Made by a program: the position numbers and the translations under genes. The notes beneath the pieces were generated by a model. It searched no databases. It saw nothing but the letters and a program-made list of their open reading frames with translations, and was not told the DNA's origin. Of a DNA stretch of 64,000 nt, positions 1 to 10,059 are shown in pieces (the stretch's first letter is position 1; each line of letters begins with the position of its first letter). The DNA lies in NCBI GenBank assembly GCA_014727915.1, contig WJMO01000006.1:384001-448000 (forward strand), given 5' to 3'. Source of the stretch: Candidatus Altiarchaeales archaeon (GTDB lineage Archaea; Altiarchaeota; Altiarchaeia; IMC4; SCGC-AAA252-I15).

Positions 1-1
1 T

Positions 2-868
2 GGGGGTTCCGCGATGTTCACCAAGCCGGTGGCGGATATCGCATTGGAGGATCTTGTGAGGACGAACAGGCTGCTGCTGGATTCGGGCGGAGACATAAAC
101 GAGATAAACGCGGTTCGAAAGCGCATTGACTATGTGAAGGGAGGGGGGCTGGCGAGGGCGTGCAATTGCAAGGTGGTCTCGCTCATCATCTCTGACGTGG
201 TGGGTGACAGGTTGGATGTTATCGCGTCGGGGCCGACCGTGCGGGACAGCACGACATTCGAGGAAGCCATTGGGGTTTTGGAAAAATACGGGCTGGAGGA
301 CAGGGTTCCCAGGAGAGTATTGGAATGGCTTAGGGAGGGGGTGGAATCGGAGAGGGAAGACGGAGAAGGCTTTGAGCATGTGTCAAACCATGTGATAGGA
401 GGTAACGGCACCGCCAGGAAGGCAGCAGCCGACTGTGCAGCCGAGCTGGGCTATGACGTTATCGACAGGGGAGAGTCGGAGGGGGAGGCCAGGGAGTTGG
501 GTGGCGAGCATGCCCGGCGACTTGAAGGCTGCGGGAAGCGCACGATGCTTTTGTCCGGTGGCGAGACCACCGTCACAGTAACTGGAACAGGCAAGGGGGG
601 GAGGAACCAGGATTACGTGCTAGGATTCCTCGCCCAAGCCAAGACCCCTTTTGTCGTGTGCGCGGTGGACACCGACGGCATAGACGGGTACACGGACGCA
701 GCCGGCGCCCTAGCAGACCATAGAACGTTAGAGAACGGGTTGGACCCCAGGGAATACCTGAAGGACAATGACCCATATAATTTCTTCAAACAGTCTAATT
801 CTCTCGTTTTCACGGGAAAAACCGGCACTAACGTGAACGACCTGAGGGTTGCGATAAAACCGGGATGA
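2..868 (+). CDS. Glycerate kinase, MOFRL/TtuD family (5' truncated by window edge)
   Basis: Frame open from base 2 (GGSAM...); motifs ISDVVGD..DVIASGPT, SGGETTV, GGRNQ, DTDGIDG, TGTNVND. Confidence 0.92.
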   Translation, partial: GGSAMFTKPVADIALEDLVRTNRLLLDSGGDINEINAVRKRIDYVKGGGLARACNCKVVSLIISDVVGDRLDVIASGPTVRDSTTFEEAIGVLEKYGLEDRVPRRVLEWLREGVESEREDGEGFEHVSNHVIGGNGTARKAAADCAAELGYDVIDRGESEGEARELGGEHARRLEGCGKRTMLLSGGETTVTVTGTGKGGRNQDYVLGFLAQAKTPFVVCAVDTDGIDGYTDAAGALADHRTLENGLDPREYLKDNDPYNFFKQSNSLVFTGKTGTNVNDLRVAIKPG

Positions 869-920
869 CTTATATATTATGAACTCATAACATCCATATA
901 GACCTGATATAGTAACGTGG

Positions 921-2369
921 GTGGTTATGTTGTTGACTCTTGACTACAAGTCGCGGCCCAGACTGCAGGCCAGGCACATAGAGACTCTGAAGCTGACGAA
1001 GACCATAGAGGACGAGTCAGGGGATCGTCCGATCATGATCTCCGTCGTCATACCCACGTTCAACAAGAAAGACCCCAAATACAACCGGGCACTCTACAGG
1101 GTGCTATCAGAGTGCTGCCAGCTTGTGGACAAGGGAGTCATCGACGAGATAGTCATCGCCGAAGGCTCAAGATTGGAAGATGGGAAACCGGACTACGAGT
1201 TCATGGAGTACATACTGGCCGTGGCCATGAAACACTGCCAGACGTTCAAGAACGAGGTCATGTTCGTGCAGAACATGCCGGAGGGCAGGCAGAAGGCCAT
1301 GCAGGGCAGGTACGACTTCTGCGTCCGTCTGCTGAGCCAGGTCGACCCCAAAATGCACAAGGTCTTCCTCGACCATAGCATACTCACGAAGGACGAGCTC
1401 GAATTCCTCAAAGGCGGTAAAGGCGCTAACCTGTGGTTCAGCATACCCGTGACCTACGGGGACATAATATGCTTCGTGGACTCGGACATCGTGTCGTTCA
1501 ACGACAACTACGTCAAAGGCTTGATAATGCCCATAATGGAGAGGTGGGGTGAGAAGAATGACAGGGGATTCAGCTCTGGGGTCGTGTTCAACAAGGCGAC
1601 GTACAAGAGGCGGCATAAGATAAGGAGAGGTTTCAAATTGGGTGGAAGGCTGTCAAGGCTCGCCGCCAAGCCGCTGTTCATGGTGTTGGCGGAGAGGGGG
1701 ATATTCAAGGGGCTTGACGGGCTGACATACCATTTCAGCGGGGAGTGCGCGTTCACACGCGACCTGGTGAACATGATACAGTTCAGCAACGGATACGACA
1801 TAGAGACGAGTGTCCTATGCCAGCTGTGGAAGAACGCCGGGGTGGACATGATGTCCCAGACCGACCTCGGATATTTCAGGCACCTCCCCGGACCTGAGGA
1901 GCACGCCACCAACATGCTGGGGGAGATAATGAAGGCACTCCACTATTGGATCCGAAGGTACGGGTTCGAGGATTCCATAGGGGACATCGACCAGCTGGTC
2001 AGGGACTATGAGGAAACTGCCGAGGGACTGCTGCCGGAGTATAAGAAGATGGCTGCGAAGAGCTCGGGCAAGATCAAGTACCGGGAGGAGGAGATAATGG
2101 AGGACCGGGCTAGGATACAGAAGTACAAGAACATAATCAGGGAGGGTTTCCAGGCGCCGGAATCCTACGAGCCTAAGCTGCTTAAGCCCTGGGAGAGCAT
2201 AAAGGACCAGATGAACCAGAAGAGGGGCTACAGTTATGTCAGCCTTAAGTCTACGCTGCAGCAGAGGGTTAACATGTTCACCTCCGAGACAATACTGACG
2301 AAGATAAGGGTGCAGATCGACAGGACATCGGAGATAATCGAGGGCTACTGCGATTACATATTCTATTAA
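921..2369 (+). CDS. gpgS: Glucosyl-3-phosphoglycerate synthase-like GT-A glycosyltransferase
   Basis: ISVVIPTFN, GKGANLW, GDIICFVDSD (DxD), GGRLSRL, SGECA, GYDIE motifs; followed directly by a HAD phosphatase. Donor sugar (Glc vs Man) cannot be determined. Confidence 0.75.
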   Translation: MVMLLTLDYKSRPRLQARHIETLKLTKTIEDESGDRPIMISVVIPTFNKKDPKYNRALYRVLSECCQLVDKGVIDEIVIAEGSRLEDGKPDYEFMEYILAVAMKHCQTFKNEVMFVQNMPEGRQKAMQGRYDFCVRLLSQVDPKMHKVFLDHSILTKDELEFLKGGKGANLWFSIPVTYGDIICFVDSDIVSFNDNYVKGLIMPIMERWGEKNDRGFSSGVVFNKATYKRRHKIRRGFKLGGRLSRLAAKPLFMVLAERGIFKGLDGLTYHFSGECAFTRDLVNMIQFSNGYDIETSVLCQLWKNAGVDMMSQTDLGYFRHLPGPEEHATNMLGEIMKALHYWIRRYGFEDSIGDIDQLVRDYEETAEGLLPEYKKMAAKSSGKIKYREEEIMEDRARIQKYKNIIREGFQAPESYEPKLLKPWESIKDQMNQKRGYSYVSLKSTLQQRVNMFTSETILTKIRVQIDRTSEIIEGYCDYIFY

Positions 2370-3146
2370 ATGGACCATATAGTCTACTCCGACCTTGATG
2401 GAACGCTCTTGGACGGGAGCTACTCATTCGAGGAGGCGAGATCCGCCCTGAACATGCTTAGGGAACGTTGTATACCCTTGGTGCTTTGCTCCAGCAAGAC
2501 CAGGTCGGAGATCGAAGAATACAGGGGTAGGATGGGGTTGAACGATCCTTTCATCTCGGAGAACGGGTCTGCAATATACGTGCCAGACGGGACGTTCAGC
2601 TTCGACTTCGACTATGATGAGATTATAGGGGGACATAGGGTAATAGGCTTCGGACGCCGGAGCGGAGAGGTCAGGAGGAGGATCGAGGAGATCAGGGAGG
2701 TTGAGGGTTTGGACTTCAAGACCTTCAACGACCTGACAGCCGAGGAACTTTCCGTCGAATCCGGGCTGCAAGTTGGCGAGGCCGTGCTCGCGAAGCAGCG
2801 GGAGTACAGCGAAGTCATACTTGGACTGGACGACAGGGAACGTGATATCCTGGAGGAAAATGGTTTGAATGTTGTGGGGGGTGGCAGGTACTTTTGCGTC
2901 TGCGAGAGCGACAAGGGAACCGCGGTTAAAACGCTTACCGGACTGTACAGGAGAGCACACCCTAACGTGAAGACCATCGGCTTGGGAGATTCCCGGAACG
3001 ACGTTGGAATGCTGGAGGCCGTGGACATCCCGGTTCTCGTGCAGAAGCCCGACGGCTCATACGAGAACATGGGATTGGACGGCATAGTCAGGGCGGATGG
3101 TGTGGGGCCAGTAGGATGGGCTTCCGCATTGGATGAGATATTATAA
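2370..3146 (+). CDS. mpgP: Mannosyl/glucosyl-3-phosphoglycerate phosphatase (HAD IIB)
   Basis: DLDGTLL, CSSKT, FISENG, REYSE, GGRY, DKG, GLGDSRND, GPVGW. Confidence 0.9.
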   Translation: MDHIVYSDLDGTLLDGSYSFEEARSALNMLRERCIPLVLCSSKTRSEIEEYRGRMGLNDPFISENGSAIYVPDGTFSFDFDYDEIIGGHRVIGFGRRSGEVRRRIEEIREVEGLDFKTFNDLTAEELSVESGLQVGEAVLAKQREYSEVILGLDDRERDILEENGLNVVGGGRYFCVCESDKGTAVKTLTGLYRRAHPNVKTIGLGDSRNDVGMLEAVDIPVLVQKPDGSYENMGLDGIVRADGVGPVGWASALDEIL

Positions 3147-3173
3147 AACGCCATATTCCAAATCCATAAACGT

Positions 3174-4532
3174 ATGGAGATAGAGCAGGTGGAGGTCTAC
3201 TCCACGAGCGAGGAGTACCGGCGTCCCATCCCAACAGCTGTGGGAACCCACTACAGAAGGGACAACATACTGGTTAAGGTAACAGCCACCGAAGACGGTG
3301 AAGAATACGGGGGGTGGGGTGAGGGGTCGCCTCTAATACCGGGATACTCTGGGGCTACTAGGAACCACATGGCAGACGACATCGTGAAGAGGATCGCCCC
3401 CGACATACTGGGAGCGGAGGTGAACTCTGTCCAGGACATACTAGACCTAATAGGGAGGGTCAAGAGGAACAGGTACTACATGATGTGCTCGTTGGCTCCC
3501 ATCGACATCGCATTGTTCGACCTGCTCGGACAGGTAAACGCCACACCCACTTTCAACATAGTACGAGAGCACCTGGGACTCGAAAAATATGACGTCGAAG
3601 ACCTTCCTCTGATGCCCGCTAACTTCACCGTCAGCAGGAACGCCACAGAGACGGACAACAGGATAGGCGAGATTCTGGAGGAGGCGGAAGAGTACGTGTC
3701 AAGGGGCTGCACTGTCATAAAGGTGAAGATAGGCATCTTCAAGGACAGCGACGTCGAGTCGCTTAGGAGGATACACGATCACTTCCAGGGCAGGGACGTG
3801 ACCTTGTTCGCGGACGGGAACCAGGCCTACGATTCGGTGAACGAGGTCTTCGACGTCCTGACCGAGATAGGCGACCTGATAGCCTGCCTGGAGCAGCCAT
3901 TCCACAGGGACAAGACCCACATGTCCGCGGAGCTGAACCGGAGGACAAAGCATGTCCAGGGAATGCCATTGATCATAACCGACGAGGGAACGTCATCCGT
4001 TGAGGAGTTGGAGAACGTGCTGTTGAGCGACGCTGCGGGCGGGTGCCTTCTGAAGATGGTCAGGAGCGGCGGCTTCCACTACGGGATAAAAGCCGTTGGT
4101 CTGCTGGAGGGGAGGGATGACTTCAAGTTCGCGCCCTGCTCGATGACCGAGACGGGAATAGGCACGATAGCCAACATACACTCGGCCCTCGCAATCTACG
4201 AGCACTGCCATCCCAGCCTGGGCTTCGGATTCGACGGACCCCTGCAGGTAATAGGGGACGAGTACAAGAACGGGAGGGACACAATATTATACGAGAACCA
4301 GGAGAACGGGCTCTACACCAAGGACGCTAACGGCGTCTGGATATACGATCCAAGCCAGATAGTCGGTCTGGGAAGCGGACTAGGATTCGAAGCCAACTAC
4401 CAGTACATCGAAGAGATAACCGAACATAAGGTAACACTATACCTCGACGAGGGAGACATGATAATGGAGGAGGACGGGGAAGTTAAGGTGATGGGGAAAC
4501 AGAGGGACATATTGAAGTACCCGAGGTACTAG
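3174..4532 (+). CDS. Enolase superfamily protein, MLE/dipeptide-epimerase subgroup, divergent
   Basis: GWGEG N-domain, DIALFDLLGQ, KVK, DGNQ, EQP, DE, K..RSGG, CSMTETGIG. Confidence 0.85.
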   Translation: MEIEQVEVYSTSEEYRRPIPTAVGTHYRRDNILVKVTATEDGEEYGGWGEGSPLIPGYSGATRNHMADDIVKRIAPDILGAEVNSVQDILDLIGRVKRNRYYMMCSLAPIDIALFDLLGQVNATPTFNIVREHLGLEKYDVEDLPLMPANFTVSRNATETDNRIGEILEEAEEYVSRGCTVIKVKIGIFKDSDVESLRRIHDHFQGRDVTLFADGNQAYDSVNEVFDVLTEIGDLIACLEQPFHRDKTHMSAELNRRTKHVQGMPLIITDEGTSSVEELENVLLSDAAGGCLLKMVRSGGFHYGIKAVGLLEGRDDFKFAPCSMTETGIGTIANIHSALAIYEHCHPSLGFGFDGPLQVIGDEYKNGRDTILYENQENGLYTKDANGVWIYDPSQIVGLGSGLGFEANYQYIEEITEHKVTLYLDEGDMIMEEDGEVKVMGKQRDILKYPRY

Positions 4533-4632
4533 CCACCAGTTAATAGACCGGTTTCGTGAATGAGAAGACATAGACGTAGAACAGACAAAGGCACATACAC
4601 TTTTATAAGCACAGTGTTCATACTCTACTGTT

Positions 4633-5874
4633 ATGGCCAAGGGTAAAAACGACATTGAGGACGTGGATATCGCGGTTATAATATCAAGCAGGAACAACGC
4701 CCACACCATTGGATATGTGATGTACCAGGTAGCCACTGGGTTGGACAGGTACTTCCCAGACAGGAAGTCCGTGATAATCAATGTGGACGGGAACAGCAAC
4801 GACGGCACCCAGAAGGTGGTGAAAGCCATCAAACTACCCGTGCCCACTCTGACTGTGAAGGACCATCCCTGCCTCGGAGTCTGCGGGAAGGGAGCAGGGA
4901 TCAAGACCGCCCTTGAGGTGGCCGACAGGATGGACGCGGATTGCGTGGCTCTGATCGACTCGGACCTGAGGAGCATAAACGAGGAATGGGTGAAGCTGCT
5001 GATAGAGCCGACCCTGTCAGGGAACTATGACTTCGTAGCACCCTACTACCTCCGCTACAAGTATGACGGCACAATAACCAACTTCATCTCATACCCCATC
5101 GTCAGGTCCCTGTTCGGGAAGAGGGTGAGGCAGCCCATCGGCGGAGAGTTCGGGATGGGCAGGGAATGCTATAAGAAGATACTCGCCCACAAACTCTGGG
5201 ATAAGCTGGAGACCGCCCAGTTCGGCATAGACTCGTTCCTGACCTTCACCGCATTGGGGGAGAAGATGAAGATGTGCGAGGCCGTGTTGGGGGTGAAAGT
5301 GCACGACGTCAAAGACCCGTCCCTCCACCTCGCGCCCATGTTCCGCCAGGTGATAGGCAGCATACTCAACCTTGTGGAGGTGTATGGCAAGGATTGGATG
5401 GACCTCAGCGGCAGCGAACCGCTGCCGCGGATCAGGGGAAACATACGATTCGGACATCCTGAACCCTTCGACGTGGACACGAGGAACATGATGAACATCT
5501 TCCTCGGGGGTAGGGCACAGTACGCCAGCCTGTTGAAAGATATTCTGCCACAGGAACTTTACAGGCAGGTGGCGTCCATACCGGACCTGTTCGAAGAGTT
5601 CATATTCGACGCTGAGCTCTGGGTCGAGATACTATCACACGTCATAATAGCATACTATTTCGTGCCGGAGGAGAAGAGAGAGGACGTTCTGAACGTCCTG
5701 CGGCACCTGTGGATGGGGAGGGTTGCCTACTACACCATAGAAACGAGGGACATGAGTAACCGTGAGGCGGAACACCTCACCGAAGAGCAGGCTCTCATAT
5801 TCGAGGAGAGGAAGCCCCTGCTGATCGAGCTTTACAGCAAGATGAAGTCCGGGGCCAGCCAGGCCCGGCTATGA
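4633..5874 (+). CDS. Glucosylglycerate/mannosylglycerate synthase-like glycosyltransferase (single-step)
   Basis: DGNSNDGT, GKGAG, DSDLRS, P.Y.RYKYDGTITN, RQPIGGEFG, FGID, K.HD.KDP, MFRQV; upstream TTTTATAA about 4600-4608. Confidence 0.8.
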   Translation: MAKGKNDIEDVDIAVIISSRNNAHTIGYVMYQVATGLDRYFPDRKSVIINVDGNSNDGTQKVVKAIKLPVPTLTVKDHPCLGVCGKGAGIKTALEVADRMDADCVALIDSDLRSINEEWVKLLIEPTLSGNYDFVAPYYLRYKYDGTITNFISYPIVRSLFGKRVRQPIGGEFGMGRECYKKILAHKLWDKLETAQFGIDSFLTFTALGEKMKMCEAVLGVKVHDVKDPSLHLAPMFRQVIGSILNLVEVYGKDWMDLSGSEPLPRIRGNIRFGHPEPFDVDTRNMMNIFLGGRAQYASLLKDILPQELYRQVASIPDLFEEFIFDAELWVEILSHVIIAYYFVPEEKREDVLNVLRHLWMGRVAYYTIETRDMSNREAEHLTEEQALIFEERKPLLIELYSKMKSGASQARL

Positions 5875-5880
5875 ACTGGG

Positions 5881-6294
5881 TCAGATGTCCTCTCCACCGT
5901 CTAAGCCTTCCACTATACTGGAAAGCTCCGACACCCAGACCTTTATCAGGTCCCGGAGGGATACTATGCCCACCAGATTCCCGCGGTCATCGACCACGGG
6001 CAGATGGCGGAAGTTGTTCTCCATCATGGTCTTCTTGACCGCGTTGATGTTATCGTCTTGGCCTATGGTTATGGGGTCCCGGGTCATGGCATCCGAGACC
6101 GTGGCCTTGGAGGGGTCCGTCTCGCCCGCTAAAGCACTTACAAGGTCTCGTTCGGTTATTATGCCGGTTGGCCTGCCGTCTTCGACTATCATCAGGGAGC
6201 TTATGCCATGGTCGTGCATCATCTTGGCAGCTTCCTGTAGGGACTCGCCGCCAGCGACCGTCAGGACGTTATCGGTCCAGTATTTGCCTTCCAT
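5881..6294 (-). CDS. CBS-domain pair protein
   Basis: GIITERDL, MTRDPITI, FRHLPVVD..G.LVGIVSLRDL. Confidence 0.92.
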   Translation of the reverse strand: MEGKYWTDNVLTVAGGESLQEAAKMMHDHGISSLMIVEDGRPTGIITERDLVSALAGETDPSKATVSDAMTRDPITIGQDDNINAVKKTMMENNFRHLPVVDDRGNLVGIVSLRDLIKVWVSELSSIVEGLDGGEDI

Positions 6295-6383
6295 CTTGTA
6301 TTACACCAATATATGACTGCTATTCACAAAATAAAAGCCGGGGCAGGAGCCCATTATTAAAATGTGCGGCCGTATATTATTCG

Positions 6384-9233
6384 ATGACCTTCGACTTCCG
6401 CGCCTTAAAGGCTGAGAAGAAGCCGGAATTCCACAGGAACTACCGGGACTACTATCCTGCAGAGAGCTTGGAGAGCGTTGGCTTCACAAGGAAGGTCTGC
6501 TCAAAGTGCGGCAGGGGCTTCTGGAGCGAGGTGGAGAGAGACTACTGTGACGAGCCCACATGCAGCGGAGGATACCGGTTCATAGGCGAAAAGCTCACAC
6601 GGAAGAGGTTCAGCTACAGGGAGGCATGGGACGAGTACGTGAAAACCTTCAAAAAATGGGATTACACGCCGATAAAAAGGTATCCCGTCGTTTGCCGTTG
6701 GTATGAGGACCTGTACTTCGTCAATGCCGGCATAAACGACTTCCAACCCTACGTGGTCGCGGGGGAGGTGGAGCCGCCCGCGCCCGCCGTCTTGGAGCCT
6801 CAGTTCTGCCTCCGATTCCAGGACATGGACTCCGTCGGCGTCACCGGAAGGCACTATACCGGTTTCATAATGGTCGGCCAGCACACCTTCAACACACCCG
6901 ACAGGCACGTGTACTTCAAAGACGAGGGCATACTGCAGATGCACGAATTCCTCACAGAAGGTTTGGGCATAAAATCCTCGGAGATATTCTACCACGAGGA
7001 CGTCTGGGCTGGGGGAGGGAACTACGGACCCTCGATGGAGTTCTTCAGCCGAGGGCTGGAACTCGGCAACCAGGTGTACATGCAATACGAGGTGCTGCCG
7101 GACGGCAGCAGCCGGGAGCTCAGGACGAAGGTCATAGACATGGGAGCGGGCCTTGAGCGTTGGAGCTGGTTCAGCCAGGGCAACCCAATGAGCTACGACA
7201 GCACCTTCCCAGAGGTCATGGACTACATATACAAGTCCGCGTCTTTCAAGTTCGACGAGAGTTTCATGGCCAGGTTCGGCTACTACAGCGGGATGCTCGA
7301 CATAGACGAGGTCGACGACATCGAATCCGTGTGGGGGGACATCGCCGCAGATCTCGGGTTGGAGTTGAGCGAGTTGAAGTCTAAGGTCTACGAGGCGCGA
7401 GCCCTGTACACGATAGCGGACCACACCCGAACCTTGCTCGTTGCCATACACGACGGTGCCCTGCCGTCGAACGTCGGGGGAGGGTACAACCTCAGGAACA
7501 TACTACGGAGGTGCTGGTCCCTGAACGACGAATACAACCTTCAGATAGAATTGGAGGAGGTCTTCGAGAAGCACGTGGGAGAGTTCGGACGATGGTATAC
7601 TGAGTTGAAGGATGTGGGAAGCCTCTATGACATAATAGCAGTCGAAAGGGAAAGATACAGGGAGACCGCGGAGAAAGGACGGAAGATCGTCGGGAAGGAG
7701 AGGGACATGACCGTCGAACGGATGGTCGAGCTCTACGACAGCCAGGGCATAACACCCGACCTCATACATGAGATGACCGGTGTTGATATCCCGGACAACT
7801 TCTACCGCCTGGTCGATGAAAGGCATGAGAAGATGAGGAAAGAGGAGGATAGGGCGGTTTTGGAGGTCCCGGAGGGAATCTCGCACACTGTCTTAGGATA
7901 CTACGAGGACCAGGAGATAGTGGATTTCAAGGCCAGGGTGTTGTCCGTCTTCGACGACCATGTTATACTTGACAGGACATTCTTCTACCCTGAGGGAGGA
8001 GGGCAGGAGGCGGACAACGGAACCATCGCCGGCAGGAAAGTCAAGCACGTTCAGAAAGTTGGCAGGGTGGTAGTGCACGACCTGGAGGACGTCAGAGGAT
8101 TGAATCCGGGGGAGGAGGTCGAGTGCAGAGTAGACGACAAGCGAAGGATTCAGTTGATGCAGCACCACACCGCAACCCATATAGTGAACGCGGCAGCGCG
8201 GAGGGTGTTGGGGCCTCACATATTCCAGGCGGGCGCCCACAAGAGCGAGAAGGTCTCAAGGCTGGACATCACACACTACAAGGCAGTAGAAGGTGCGGAA
8301 CTGAAGGCTATCGAGGAGGAGGCCAACAGGATTGTAGGGGAATCGCGCCCCGTTACCGTATCATGTATGAGACGAAACGACGCAGAGGAAAGATACGGGA
8401 TGGGCATATACCAGGGCGGAGCCGTGCCCGGCACGGAGCTGAGGATAGTGAACGTAGAGGGCGTGGACGTGGAAGCCTGCGGCGGAACCCACCTAAAGAA
8501 CACAGAGGATGTCGGCCACATCAAGATGCTGTCTGCGAAGAGGATACAGGACGGCGTGGTGCGGCTGGAATTCACGGCAGGGGGAGCTTCAGAGAAGGCA
8601 GCCGGGAAAGAGGAGGAATGGTACCGAGATTCGATATCCAATTTCACATTCAAAATCGAAGACCGCGGCTTCGATGTTGAGATGCTAAAGGCGGCGGCCG
8701 CCGTGTTCAGCATAGAGCCGAGGAAACTGCCCCAGGCCATCGACCGCTTCACGAAGGAATGCGAGAGGGACCTGGAGGCGGTTGAGAAGATGGGGGGAGA
8801 GGGCATTAGAATCGAGGGAGCATCGGACATCCTCGATGCCAGCAGACAGCTATTCAACGCTTGGAAGACAAACCGGAAAGCGCTGGAGAAACTCCAGGGC
8901 GAAGCCGGCCGCGAAGTGGCAGAAGACATAGAGGCTAAGTTCAAAGACGCGGACATTGTGAGGCATATTACTTCCGGGTTGGGCGTTAAGGCATTGACTG
9001 AACTGGCGAACAAGGCCGTTGAGAAACAAGGCAGGCTTCTGATAGTATTGAACAATGCGGATGAGAAGGTGAACGTCGTCGTGGCCTCGAGCAGCGGACA
9101 TAACGCGGCGGAGATATGCGAGAAGCTCAGCAGACAGCTGGGAGGCGGGGGACGGGGCAGAGCAACGCTGGCAATAGGCGGTGGAAAATCGGATAACGCG
9201 GAAAAAACCCTGGAAGAATTTGAGATAGGTTAG
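6384..9233 (+). CDS. alaS: Alanyl-tRNA synthetase (archaeal type)
   Basis: CxxC N-terminus, YPVVCRW, QFCLR, IDMGAGLER, ADHTR, editing HTATH and ACGGTH; start moved to ATG 6384. Confidence 0.97.
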   Translation: MTFDFRALKAEKKPEFHRNYRDYYPAESLESVGFTRKVCSKCGRGFWSEVERDYCDEPTCSGGYRFIGEKLTRKRFSYREAWDEYVKTFKKWDYTPIKRYPVVCRWYEDLYFVNAGINDFQPYVVAGEVEPPAPAVLEPQFCLRFQDMDSVGVTGRHYTGFIMVGQHTFNTPDRHVYFKDEGILQMHEFLTEGLGIKSSEIFYHEDVWAGGGNYGPSMEFFSRGLELGNQVYMQYEVLPDGSSRELRTKVIDMGAGLERWSWFSQGNPMSYDSTFPEVMDYIYKSASFKFDESFMARFGYYSGMLDIDEVDDIESVWGDIAADLGLELSELKSKVYEARALYTIADHTRTLLVAIHDGALPSNVGGGYNLRNILRRCWSLNDEYNLQIELEEVFEKHVGEFGRWYTELKDVGSLYDIIAVERERYRETAEKGRKIVGKERDMTVERMVELYDSQGITPDLIHEMTGVDIPDNFYRLVDERHEKMRKEEDRAVLEVPEGISHTVLGYYEDQEIVDFKARVLSVFDDHVILDRTFFYPEGGGQEADNGTIAGRKVKHVQKVGRVVVHDLEDVRGLNPGEEVECRVDDKRRIQLMQHHTATHIVNAAARRVLGPHIFQAGAHKSEKVSRLDITHYKAVEGAELKAIEEEANRIVGESRPVTVSCMRRNDAEERYGMGIYQGGAVPGTELRIVNVEGVDVEACGGTHLKNTEDVGHIKMLSAKRIQDGVVRLEFTAGGASEKAAGKEEEWYRDSISNFTFKIEDRGFDVEMLKAAAAVFSIEPRKLPQAIDRFTKECERDLEAVEKMGGEGIRIEGASDILDASRQLFNAWKTNRKALEKLQGEAGREVAEDIEAKFKDADIVRHITSGLGVKALTELANKAVEKQGRLLIVLNNADEKVNVVVASSSGHNAAEICEKLSRQLGGGGRGRATLAIGGGKSDNAEKTLEEFEIG

Positions 9234-9330
9234 GTGAGGGGGTCTTTTTGTAATGCGCCAGCACACATGTGAAAGCCCATTCTTATATGGAAAATGGTTA
9301 TATTAAGTATTCCGGGCGGGCGGGCTTAAT

Positions 9331-10050
9331 ATGATATTATCCAGGCACATAACCACGAAGATTATCTTCTTGTTTGACCAGTTGGTCCCGCCGATAGTGA
9401 GGGACTCCAAGATCTTCATGTACATACCGTTCCGATTGCTGTTCGGGAAGAGATACGTGAACATGTTCTTCGAATTCAAGGATAAAGCCCCGTTCATGAC
9501 CGAGGAAGAGTACAACAGGACATACGCCGACATAAACCGGGACCTGATAAAGCGCAAGACAGACCTGAACGACGAGTGCGTGGAAGAGATACTGGACAAC
9601 CTAACGGGTATTTCGGTCCTGGAAGTCGGATGCGGAAAGGCCTACCTGAGCAACAAGATGGGGAAAAAAGGCTATGACGTGACGGGCGTGGACATATACA
9701 TCGCAGAAGCCACAATAGAGGAGCACAAGAAGATAAAATTCATGAAGGAGAACATAGAGAGCCTCTCTTTCGAAGACAGGTCATTCGACACCGTCGTCTG
9801 CGCCCACACGCTAGAGCACGTACAAGACCTGCAGAAGTCCATAAGCGAGCTGAGAAGGGTCGCGAGAAAGAGGCTGATAATAGTCGTGCCAAAGCAGAGA
9901 CCCTACAGATACACCTTCGACCCGCATCTGCACTTCTTCCCCTACCTGCATTCCTTCCTGCAGGTCATGAGGCCCAGGAACAGGCACGTATGCAAGGTCG
10001 TTGACATGGACATCTTCTACATGGAAGACACCGAAACAACAGGCGAGTGA
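9331..10050 (+). CDS. Class I SAM-dependent methyltransferase
   Basis: VLEVGCGKA, SFDTVVCAHTLEHV. Confidence 0.88.
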   Translation: MILSRHITTKIIFLFDQLVPPIVRDSKIFMYIPFRLLFGKRYVNMFFEFKDKAPFMTEEEYNRTYADINRDLIKRKTDLNDECVEEILDNLTGISVLEVGCGKAYLSNKMGKKGYDVTGVDIYIAEATIEEHKKIKFMKENIESLSFEDRSFDTVVCAHTLEHVQDLQKSISELRRVARKRLIIVVPKQRPYRYTFDPHLHFFPYLHSFLQVMRPRNRHVCKVVDMDIFYMEDTETTGE

Positions 10051-10059
10051 AAAGGAGGG

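Noticed and set aside
6168-6383. Long N-terminal extension of AlaRS
   Set aside because: It overlaps the opposite-strand CBS gene and the promoter; homology-like sequence begins at ATG 6384
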